A stretch of 64,000 nucleotides of DNA, taken from positions 44,578,001 through 44,642,000 of the forward strand of contig CM068745.1 of the NCBI GenBank assembly GCA_035084275.1. Reading direction: 5' to 3'. This document shows, piece by piece, positions 53,050-63,380 of the stretch; position 1 is the first letter of the stretch, and each line of letters begins with the position of its first letter. The notes beneath the pieces were generated by a model that saw only the letters and a program-made list of their open reading frames with translations, was not told the DNA's origin and searched no databases. Both the position numbers and the translations under genes were made by a program. This DNA comes from Hydrolagus colliei. Taxonomy: Eukaryota.

Positions 53050-53880
53050 ACTAACCACTTTGATTGAGTCCTGGACGAGGGACAATTTCCTCCAATTGAA
53101 CGTGAACAAAACCGAGGCCCTCCTGATTGGCTCAAGCCAGCGCCTCCGCACATTGGGCACTGCCAGCATCAACATCCAAGGCTGTACTCTCCACCTCACA
53201 AAGCCAGTCAGGAACCTCGGCATCACGTTCGACCCCAAACTCTCCTTCCTCCCCCACATCCGCGCTTTGACTGGCACCGCCTATTTCCACCTGCGCAACA
53301 TTGCCAGGCTCCGCAACTATCTCACTCCCCACGCTGCCGAAACACTCGTGCACGCATACATCACCTCACGGCTGGACTATGGGAACTCTCTCCTTGTCGG
53401 CCTCCCCAGCTCCTCCATTCACAGGCTGCAGATCATCCAAAACTCTGCAGCCCGTCTACTATCCCGAACCCGCCTCCTCGACCACATAACCCCCACCCTC
53501 GCCTGTCTCCATTGGCTCCCCATCCCCCAAAGGATCGAGTTCAAGTTCAGCAGGACTTGGCTTGCTCCAAGCCCCCCGCCCGAACCGCCCCACCATCGGA
53601 GGCCGGGCCTTCAGTTTTTCCGCTCCCACCCTTTGGAACTCCATCCCCCAATCCCTCCGCCTTGTTTCCTCCCTTTCCTCTTTCAAGGCCGGTTTGAAGA
53701 CTTTCCTTTTCGACCGTGCCTTCTGTTCCCCCCCTAATTCTTTGACCTCCCCTACGTTTCTTACCCCCTCTCGAACACTCTCCTCCCAGCTTGGGTCACA
53801 CGCCTCCTGTGCAGCGCCTTGGGACGTCCTCCCGACGTGAAAGGCGCTCTATAAGTGCAATTTGTTGTTGTTGTTGTTGA
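53050..53880 (+). mobile_element. Young L2 3' fragment (ORF2 C-terminus) with a ~90-bp internal deletion
   Basis: ORF 53060-53737: NFLQLNVNKTEALLIG...HLRNIARLRNYLT...SRLDYGNSLLVGLP...LHWLPIPQRIEFK. Intact tail cagcgccttgggacgtcctcccgacgtgaaaggcgct...(gtt)n. Same subfamily as 63381-64000. Confidence 0.95.
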
Positions 53881-53944
53881 TTGGTTAGATATTTATGTTC
53901 GGGATGGATTGTAAATTCATGATTTTATCAACAGAAAGTGACAA

Positions 53945-55031
53945 TAAAAATAATAATAATAACAATAATAACCCTTGCATTTGGTTTAGCGCTTTTCATG
54001 TCTCCTAGACGTCTCAGGCTAGGTGGGTGGGCAAGAAGGTGGCACATGGAGTATAATGTGGGGAAGTCTGAAGTTATTCACCTATGTAGTAAAAATAGAA
54101 AAGCAGATTGTTTTCTAGAGGGGGAGAGACTAGGTTGTGTTAGTGTTCAGAAGGATTTGGGTGTCCTTGTACACCAGTCACAGATGGTTAGTATGCAGAT
54201 ACAGCAAGCAACTAGGAAGGCTAATGGCATGTTGGGAGTTCATTGCAAAAGGGTTATAGTTCAACAGTAGGGAAGTTTTGCTACAATTATGTAGGGCCTT
54301 GGTGAGACTGCACCTAGAATATTGTGTGCACTTTTGGTCTCCTTATTTAAGAAAAGATATACTTGCCTTAGAGGGAATGTAGCGTAGATTCATTAGTTTG
54401 GTTCCTGGGATGAAGGGGTTGACCTATGATAGGTTGAGTAAAATAGGCCTATATTCTCTAGAATATAGAAGAATTGGAGGTGAACTTATAAAAACCTATA
54501 CGATTCTTAAGGGGCCTGCCAGAGTACAGTGTGAGACTGTTTCCTTTGGTTGGAGAATCTAAAACTAGGGGTCATAGTCTCAAGATTAATGGTCAGCCTT
54601 TTCGAACAGAATTGAGGAAACATTTCTTCACTCAGGGGGTAGTGAATTTATACAATTCTCTATCCCAGAAGGCTGTGGATGCTCAGTCCTCAAACATATT
54701 CAAGACTGAGATTGATAGATTTCTAAAGGATAGAGGGTTTAAAAGATATGGGGATAAGGTGTCTAAATGGAATTTGGTTTGAAGATCAGCCATTATATTA
54801 TTAAATAGCGGGGTTAATTGACTGTATATATGTGGGCAAAATGCAGCTTCCGATTGTGCACAGCAGTGTTCCACAAACAGATTGAAATGAGCAAGTTATT
54901 ATTGCTTTTTTTGAGGGATTATTATTAGGGGTATGGAGTAAGGAAACGTGCCCATAGTTTCACCCTGCCTAAAATTGAACCCATGTCTCTCACTTGTAAT
55001 TCAAGTGCTCTAATCACTGAGCTACAGGACT
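53945..55031 (-). mobile_element. SINE family A split by a CR1 fragment
   Basis: Tail at 53945-54016. The SINE resumes at aattgactgtatat (54816) and runs through the head ...ctgagctacaggact (55031). Confidence 0.85.
54016..54813 (+). mobile_element. CR1 fragment lacking both its 5' end and its terminal tail
   Basis: WARRWHMEYNVGKSEVIH...KDLGVLV and LFPLVGESKTRGHSLKI...FFTQGVVNLYNSL. Same family as 34964-36010 but stops at attaaatagcggg. Confidence 0.92.
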
Positions 55032-55889
55032 GCACATGGTGTAGTGTGGTACATTCACATGCCTATTAATAAACCCTCCAAAAAAACCACAATGATAAAA
55101 TTGGTCATTTCAAACCATGACTGTTTGCGTGTAAATGGAGATGTCTAGAGACATGAAAAGCGCTATATCAAATGCAAGGATTGTTATTATTATAAAATCC
55201 AAGCATTCAACACACAAATAAAGTAACCCCCAAAGCTATAAAATTGAGAGTTAAATACATTTTTACCACCATAGGACACCAGAAGTAAGCATCCTGCTTA
55301 CCACGCCACAAATGAAAGAACTGCTGACAATCTGTCTTAAGTCAATTTAAAATTGGCAGGTTTTCCAAATAGCGAATTTGATCAAAACAGCGCAATAACA
55401 CCAAATTAGTATTCATGTTATACTGCGGCAAACTGAACAGACACAAACTGAACAGAATCATATTTGTTTCCCTTTCAATAAAGCAATTATCACTTTCCAA
55501 ATACATCTGTGGTGTTGTTCAGCAAAATCATTTGGACAGCTGCACACAGCTGGATTGAGGTTTTCATACATAATTTTCTTATTTAATACAGATTTAGAAC
55601 ATCTTTGTTGCGAACGCATAGAACAAATTGAATTCTGCAAAGTATATTTGATAATTAAACAACCTACTGTTTTATATTTGAGAAAAAAGCAGATGATCTC
55701 TCAGCTTAAGTGCTTAAATTGTAAAGAATTAGTATCAGGTAATATGGGAGTTGAAATAAACCTTTGTTAAGCAGATGCCTGACTACAGATGAGAAACATT
55801 AATTTCTGCACAAAACAATTCCTCTTAGTTGCCATCATCTAGAACCAACTTATCGAGTTCTATTCCTTGCCTACCTATAAGAGGTAGGC

Positions 55890-56260
55890 AAGCCTTTGCA
55901 AGCAACATCTGTGGAGATGAAGTGAAGACGGTGTGAGTGGTAGGATTCCAGGTCAATCCATGAAGTTTGAGGCATGAGAGAGAGGCAATGGAGGAGGATA
56001 GAATGGTCAATGGTATTGAAGGCAGCAGAGACGTCAAGGGGGATGAAGAAGCAGAGGGAGCCCTGATCACAGATGGACAAAATATCATTTGTCACTTTGA
56101 CCAAAGCTGTTTCTGTGCTGTGGTCAGCATGGAAACACGATTGGAAAGGTTCATGAAGGGAGTGGTCGGAGAGGAAGGAGTGAAGCTGGAAAGCAATGAT
56201 GTGTTCCAAGATCTTGGAAAGGCAAAGAGGTTGGAAATGGTGCGGTAATTTTGAGAGCAA
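55890..56260 (-). mobile_element. L2 RT internal fragment
   Basis: SKILEHIIAFQL...EPFQSCF...HSTETALVKVTNDIL...LDVSAAFNTIDHSILL. Confidence 0.88.
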
Positions 56261-56315
56261 GGATAGATCTAGGAAGGGTCCCAAGCACCTTGGGACGTTT
56301 CTCGCGCCTTGGGTC

Positions 56316-56390
56316 AAAATTACACTTGTATAGCGCCTTTCACATCAGGAGGATGTCCTGATGTGAAAGGCGCTATACAAGTGTAATTTT
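56316..56390. repeat. Perfect inverted repeat (35-bp arms, 5-nt loop) built from the L2 3' tail
   Basis: aaaattacacttgtatagcgcctttcacatcagga-ggatg-tcctgatgtgaaaggcgctatacaagtgtaatttt. Confidence 0.97.
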
Positions 56391-57338
56391 ATTGTTGTTG
56401 TTTTAAGGATAGAGTTGGGTAATCATCAGTACAAAAGGGTGGCCAAGCATGTGGGTAGCAGAATGGATGTGGAGAGAGAGGTTGTGAAAGGAGAGGAGAG
56501 AGAAGAAATCAGTGGAGATAGAGGAAGGGATGAAGCTCTGCAGAGAAGAGAAAGGAAGCCAATCACTAGTATTCAAGGGATAAATTATAGGGAATAACTA
56601 GATAAACTATAGTTCTTTTATGTTTTGATAAATGATACCTCAGAAAGACCTTTGATAAGATGGTGAAAGGAATAAAGAAAGTAAACCCAAAATGATATGC
56701 TAATACAGTACGTCAAGAAAGTCACAGGTTTGAGTTTGCAAAGTGTCATTTTATGAAAGACAGACACCAGGAAGTATTTCTTCCTACAGCAGTAATCAAC
56801 AGCTGGAATTGGTTACTGAAAAGGATGGCTGAAGCCATGATGCTGGGCTCATTTCCAAACTGTAATAGAAGATAATAAGAGTGGGTATTCTGAAAAGATC
56901 AAATCAAAAGTTTTTTTCATCTGATCTCTATTTTAACCTTTGATTTATAACTGCAAGAAAACCAATCACATTGGCTGCCGCAGTGCCTAAAGTGAGCAAG
57001 TTGAACCTTATATGTATAAACTTGATATCATGCGGGAGCAATGTTTGATGTCAGTGGAAACCTATTAAACTAAACATAACCTACTGTCATAGTGATATAG
57101 AAGCAATGATAATCTATGCTGAGTCTGATGTGGGAAGTACTTAATGGGAAGGCAGAGTGCAACAAGATGAAAATGTTCCATTTCGGCAGCACTTCTACCT
57201 CTCACCTTGGTCAATGGAAAATTCAGAGCTCTAAACATCGTACAGAGTAAATGAAGCCATCTATTGTATTTATAGATAAAAATATACCGTGCTAAAATAG
57301 TGAATTTTGTGATTGAGACAGCAGGTGAAGGGCTTGAT

Positions 57339-57660
57339 ATAATAATAATAATAATCCTTGCATTTAATATAGCGCTTTTCACATCTTATCGATGTATCAA
57401 AGCACTACACAGAATATACTGTAAAATGAATTGACTGTATATTTGTGGGCAAAACGCAGCAGCCAATTGTGCACAGCAGTGTCTCACAAACAGTCGTGGA
57501 TTGAAAGGATCAATTTTATTATTGTGATTTTTTGGAGGGATTATTATTAGGCATGTGGAGTAAGGAAACTTGCCCAAGGTTTTGCCCTGATCTGCCTGGA
57601 TTCGAACACAGGTCTGACACTTGCAAAGCGAGTGCTCTAACCACTGAGCTACAGGAGCTC
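57339..57660 (-). mobile_element. SINE family A, full length, intact Pol III A/B boxes
   Basis: gagctcctgTAGCTCAGTGGttagagcactcgctttgcaagtgtcagacctgtGTTCGAATCCaggcag, then core, tail and (att)n. Confidence 0.93.
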
Positions 57661-58227
57661 TACAAATATGATAGTTGAGATGAAATAAGTAGATATGGGG
57701 TCAAAGGAGTATAGCATGGGAGCAGTGATAGGAGCTGTTGGGGAAGGAATGGATATTGAATAAAAGGTAAAAAAACCCACAGTGGACATAATTTATTTAT
57801 GGTACATTGCCAAATAACTTATTTAAAAGTTTGCACTTTAAAATATTTATGTCTGCAGCAATAAATGTTGCACTTGAACATAAAGCTATGCTTCCAGAAT
57901 TAACACAGAGTGTAATTGCATCAACGGGGTGCTTTCCTCTGCAGTTGTCTGTATTTCTAGCTACACATTTGCAAATTGTTGACTTGTCAAGAATGCCTGC
58001 TACTCACTGCACCTTACATTTAAATTACTCTGGGAATTACTGGGGAAATTACTCATCAGCACTAGCATGAAGAGCGACATTGACCCAGCCATGATAAATT
58101 ACAATAATCTGTTTTTGCTGGGGCCTGGACACAGCAAGCAGCTGCTGTGTTTCTCTATTGATATCGATTCTCTTTAATTCTCAGAGATAGACTAATCAAA
58201 ATATTCAGTGCCACCACAGCAGAAAGC

Positions 58228-61200
58228 AGTTTATGTCAGGTCAAACTGCAAGCCTAAAGAATTATAGAACATCATGGGAAAAGAAAAGGGATTCAATAAC
58301 AGCCCTGTACATAATTAAATAAAGAGCTGAAAAGATTTATTTAAGAAGATGACATGAACTAATCATTAAATGCTGAGACAACCCAGTTTATTTCCTACCA
58401 TAGAATATAAAATATGATATAAACATATCCTAGTAATATGTGGACATGTGTGTGTTACTATATACTGTACTGATAAATAAAACAGAACCTAAGCAGATGC
58501 ATTATAACATCACTGACTGCACCAGCACAAAGTCTAAAACAGAATACCATTTTGTGAAATTGGGTCTAATTCGTAATATTTGAGTACTTAATTTTAGACT
58601 TGTTCAACATCCAAAATGTAACTTTTGCAGCTAACAGTTGCTATGCTAATTGCAATTGAAATTGCATAAATTGCCAACAAATTCACTAAAATCACAAATT
58701 CCAGTCAAAGCTTTTTGCTTTAAACCCTTTTTTCGGAAGAATTACGACTACATGATTGCAGCCAACATTTTGCTTTCCTGGTACAAATTGGAAATTGTAA
58801 TTTGTGCAGTGAAAGCTCCATTTGAAGCATCACAAGTGTACATTGGTAAATCGTTAAGAATTAAACCTATTAGAATTCTTGTCAATCTGAAGAAACTCTA
58901 CTTTTGAAGTAAAGGCACAGGAGGAGAGTTCTAGGTCAATGTGGCTTCAGTTCAGCAAAAGATTTTCATTGATGTATAACCTAAAAACCTGAATCTTACT
59001 ATTTGGTGCAATGAATTGATTATCACACATAGTCTCGGGACTGTACATCTTCAGGACATTTATAATAACACTTGCATTTACCTGCAATCCAAGTAGGTTA
59101 ATGTAACTGAACTAATGTTGTATTCAATTTGTTCTTCTAGCCCTTAATTAGGTTTGTGAAACACAAGTTGGCCTTTAAAAAGACATCAACAACAAAATTA
59201 CATTTGTGAAGTTGCTTTCACGTCAGGAGGATGTCCCAAGGTACTGGACAGTCAGTGTTTTAGACATGAGCTGTGATCGGGATCTGGGAGGGTGAATGGA
59301 ACGGAGGGGAACAGGGGTGACCGATGGCATGATTGAAAAGGAGGGGCATGAGGCGGGACTTGAATGATGCTAAAGAGTGGGTGAGGCAGAGCGATTGCGG
59401 GATGGAATTCTTTGCTGAAGGCTCGCATAGACCAGGATTTTGAGTGAAACGTTTGAATGATCGAGTCGGGCAAGAATGGGATCACAGAGCTTGATGCAGG
59501 AGAGGACACGGACTGCAGAGTTCTGGATGATCTGCAAGCTATGAAGGGAGGAGTAGGAAAGCCCGACAAGCAGGGCATGGGCATAGTTGGACGAGATGAA
59601 GGCATGAATGAGAGCTTCAGTGGCATGAGGGGTGAGCTAGTAGCGGAGTCGGGCAATCCTGTGGAGGTGAGGGAGGGCAGAGTGGGTCATGGCGTGGATA
59701 TTGGGTAGGATAGACAGTTGAGGATTGAAGAAGGCACGACACAACGATCAATAGAATAATGGTTGTAAAGACCATTCAATTGTAGCATTGGGGTAAAAAC
59801 TGTCACATGGCGGCTTCATTTGTTATTTAAGGGATAAGGTTAATGTGTTTTGAAGTATCCCGACCTCCCAAATTCTGATCAATGAAAATCCCCCAAACTG
59901 GAGTTACAATTGTATCTGGGGCAGAGTAATGGAGGACAGAGTTTAAGTCAGGTCAAACTGCAAGCCTAAAGAATTGTAGAACATCAGGGGAAAAGAAAAG
60001 GGATTCAATTACAGCTCTGCGCATAATTAAATAAAGAGCTGAAAATTTAATTAAAATGATGCCATGAACTGATCATTAAATGCTGAGATAACCCTGATTA
60101 TTTTTTATCATATGATATAAAATATGAAAAACAACTATAATATTTGAACCTGTTTGTGTTACTGTATACTGATGAATACATTAGAACCTGACCAGATGCA
60201 TTTATAAGAAATTGGCTGTACCGGCATGAAATCTGGAACAGAATACTATTTTATGAAATTCGTAATATTTGGAAAAGGGCGAGAGTACTTCTTAATGTTA
60301 GACTTGTTCAACATTCAAAATGTAACTTTTGCAGCTCGAAGTTGCTATGGTAATTGCAACTGAAATTACATGATTTGCTAACAAATTCACTATAATCACA
60401 AATTCCAGCTAAACGTTTGCTTGAACCCCTTTCTTCAGAACAATTACGACTACATGATTGCAGCTAACATTTTGCTTTCCAGATACAACTTAGAAGGTGT
60501 AACTTGTGCAGTGAAAGCTCCATTTGAAATACCACTGGGTTAAACTATATGTTAGTCAATCGTTAAATAATAATCCTATTAGAATTCTTGTCCACCTGAA
60601 GCTTTGGAAATAGAGGCATAGGAGGAGAGTTCTAGATCAATGTGGCTTCCGTTGAACAAAATATTTTCATTGATGTATAACCTAAAAACCTGAATCTTAC
60701 CATTTGGCACAGTTAATAGTTTATCACACATAGTCTCGGGACTGTATATCTTAAGGACATTTATAATCATCCTTGCATATGTCCCAAAAGTAATAATAAC
60801 AATCCTGCATTGGATATAGCACTTTTCACATCTTCGAGATGTTTCAAAGCATTTCACAGAATATACGGTAAAGTGAATTGATTGTATATTTGTGGGCGAA
60901 ACACAATTCTAGTAGTTTAAAGTAACTGAACTAATGTTGTATTCATATTGTCCTTCTAGTCCTTAATCAGATTTGTGAGATACAAGTTGGCCACAAGAAG
61001 ACAACACAACACTCAACAGAAAAAGAGCAGTAAAGACCATTAAATTGTAGCATTGGGCTCAAAGCTTTGACGTAGCTGCTTCACATAGCTTCCTTGACTG
61101 TTCAGCGCCTTGGGACGTCATCTTGACGTGAAAGGTGCTCTACAAATGAAATTGTGTTGTTGTTGTTCATTCCTTATTTAAGAGACAAGGTTAATGGACT

Positions 61201-61281
61201 TTGAAGTACCCCTCCTCTCAAATTCTGATCAATGATAATACTCAAAGCTGGAGTCACAATTGTGTCTGGGACAGAGAAAAT
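58228..61281. repeat. Diverged direct tandem duplication, unit ~1.15 kb (copy 1 58228-59930, copy 2 59940-61281)
   Basis: Both copies start agtttaWgtcaggtcaaactgcaagcctaaagaatt and end caattgtRtctgggRcagag. They are collinear apart from copy-specific TE insertions. Confidence 0.93.
59186..59735 (-). mobile_element. L2 3' fragment inserted in duplication copy 1
   Basis: L2 tail and decayed ORF end; absent at the matching site (~61000) of copy 2. Confidence 0.85.
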
Positions 61282-61814
61282 CCTAATAATCATCTTTGAG
61301 TGTTTCAGCTGGTTTTGGGCACCATCATTACTCAGATGTGGGGAAATTGGGTAGAATGGCGATACTACAAAAAATTATTTAACCTGGTTCTTTTCATATG
61401 TAAAATGCATTTAAGAATAATATAATTCTGATTCCCATCATGTAGTCTCTATGGCTTGGCTGCATTTAATCAAAATTATAGAAGAATTCAAGTGTTGGTG
61501 ACAAAAGCTGATTGTTTATTTTAGCAGTAACAATGTTCCTCTCCACCCCCCTCACCGCGAGTATAAGGTACATAGCAAACAATGTGGTACTTGCATTTCA
61601 TACTGATCAAGTGCAGTTCCATGCCCAAAGTCATGTGAATCCATATGCTGTTGACCCTAGTTTGTACAATGTGCCTTGGCTTCATCTGATGGTAGCGGAT
61701 TGGTATCACAATAAGGATCAATCTTTTAACTGAGAGTGATCCTGTCCAAGTGTATTTTGACATTGGATTTCACCATATTATATTCAAAGAAGATTTCTGA
61801 GATATTATATAATA

Positions 61815-62965
61815 GCAACAACAATCCCTGAAGTTATCACATCCCCAAAATGTCTCAAACAATTGCACAGGATTTCCTGCAGAGTGTTTCATGACAACAA
61901 CAAAATTACATTGATAGGGTGCCTCTCACATCGGGAGGACATCCCAAAGTGTTGAACAGTCAGGGGTCACGTCTCCACTTTTGTTGGCGAACATGACAAC
62001 CAATAAGTGCACAGAAATGGCCCACAAATGGCTATGAAAAGGGTGACCAATTTTATCTGGGGGATTGTTCGCCAGGATTCCAGGAGAAACTCCCTTCTCT
62101 TTGAATAGTATCGATCAATCAAACAATCAAAACTTACATTTATATAACGCCCTTCATATCGAGAGGACGTCCCAAGGCGCTGTACAGTTAGATAGGGACA
62201 AGAGCAGGGTGGGAGGGGTCGGGGCAGGATGAAGAAGAACAGGAAAATTGACTGTATATTTGTGGGCGTAACGCGGCAGCCAAATTGCGCACAGCAGTGT
62301 CCCATAAACAGTCATAGAAGTAGGATTAGGGGAAAAAGGTGGGAAAGATGGCAAGGGGAGGGGTAGGGGGAAGGAGAGCAGGAAAGCTGACTGGTATATT
62401 TGTGGGCAAAACGCAACCAAATTGCGCACAGCAGTGTCCCACAAAACAGTTGTGGAAATTGGGCTAGGGGAGAAAGGGAGAAAAGAGGGTAAGGGGGAGA
62501 GGGAGGGAAAGGTGGGGTGAGGTAAATTCAGGGAGGAAGAGGGGGGAGAAAGGGGGGTAAGGGTGAGGGAGGGAAAGGTGGGTGAGGGGCAAGATGAGGA
62601 GAAAGTGGGGTAAGAGGGAAGACGGAGGAAAGGGGAAAAGGGGGGAGAGAAAGTGGGGAAAGGGAGTGAGGGAAGAAGAAGAAAGTGGGGGGGAAAGGCC
62701 AGGGAGCAAGGGGGGGTGGGAATCAAACAACAACAATAAACAACAAAATCAACGACAATAAACAATAAATAAAATAAAGTATTATAGGAACTTTAATATC
62801 CACCTGAACAGGAACCTCAGTTCAATATCTCATTCTGAGGGCAGCACCTCAGACAATGCATTGCTCCACAGCGCTATATTTGACTGTCAGCCTAGACCCC
62901 AACATGGTCCTTGAACCCCCAACTTTCTGGTTGTGAGGCAAGAAATCTACCAGCTGAGCTAGGCT
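61815..62965 (-). mobile_element. Ancient Deu-domain tRNA SINE interrupted by an L2 tail (61893-61963) and a composite element (62115-62780)
   Basis: Minus 62965-62785: tagctcagctggtag...ggttcaag...ctaggctgacag...aatgagatattgaactgaggttcctgttcaggtggat. It continues at 62112-61980 with tattcaaagagaagggagtttctcctgg...ttgtgggccatttctgtgcacttattggttg. Confidence 0.7.
62115..62780 (-). mobile_element. Composite retroposon: L2-type tail with (TTGA)-like end, polypyrimidine spacers and two SINE Deu-core copies
   Basis: Tail 62115-62190; cores at ~62246-62315 and ~62386-62456; purine-rich (plus-strand) tracts between and after them. Confidence 0.75.
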
Positions 62966-63380
62966 CATGCGAAATACCCTGGACTCTGAACTCTGCCAAG
63001 AAATCCAAGTAGTGAAAAAATCACTGGGGTCCTTTAAAATTCTCCCCGCCCACTAATCCAGGTGCAGCAATATAATCAGAAAGCCCAAAGGCAACTTGAC
63101 TTCACTAAACCCATCCAGGAGGCCGTAAATAGTAAAGTATAACCTCTAATCACAGGATTGCCATTGGCAACAATTGATTTTTATGAGGCTATTTACATCT
63201 TTGTTTCCTGAAAATCTGGTGTCCGGCTGACAGTGGAGGAAGTCCAATACCGAGGGCCCAGCTTCAACATTGAGTACGGTATGAGGGACGGGTCAGCGTG
63301 GACATCTGGATTCATTCATTGCACTAAATAGTGAATGGACCATTAACTTGTCTGCGTTGCAAAATCTCAATGAGGTAGAT

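Noticed and set aside
57590-57660. tRNA-like sequences (also at 8760-8828, 27615-27685, 47502-47570)
   Set aside because: They have A/B boxes but no convincing acceptor stem and run directly into SINE core and tail, so they are SINE heads rather than tRNA genes.
58947-59081. Shared minus-strand open frame (IINVLKxYSPETMCD...KIQVFRLYINEN) and a possible 82-nt AG...GTAAGA exon in the tandem duplication
   Set aside because: There is no recognisable protein similarity. Copy 1 has a stop where copy 2 reads on, 82 nt would frameshift HS6ST, and the acceptor is not preserved in copy 2.
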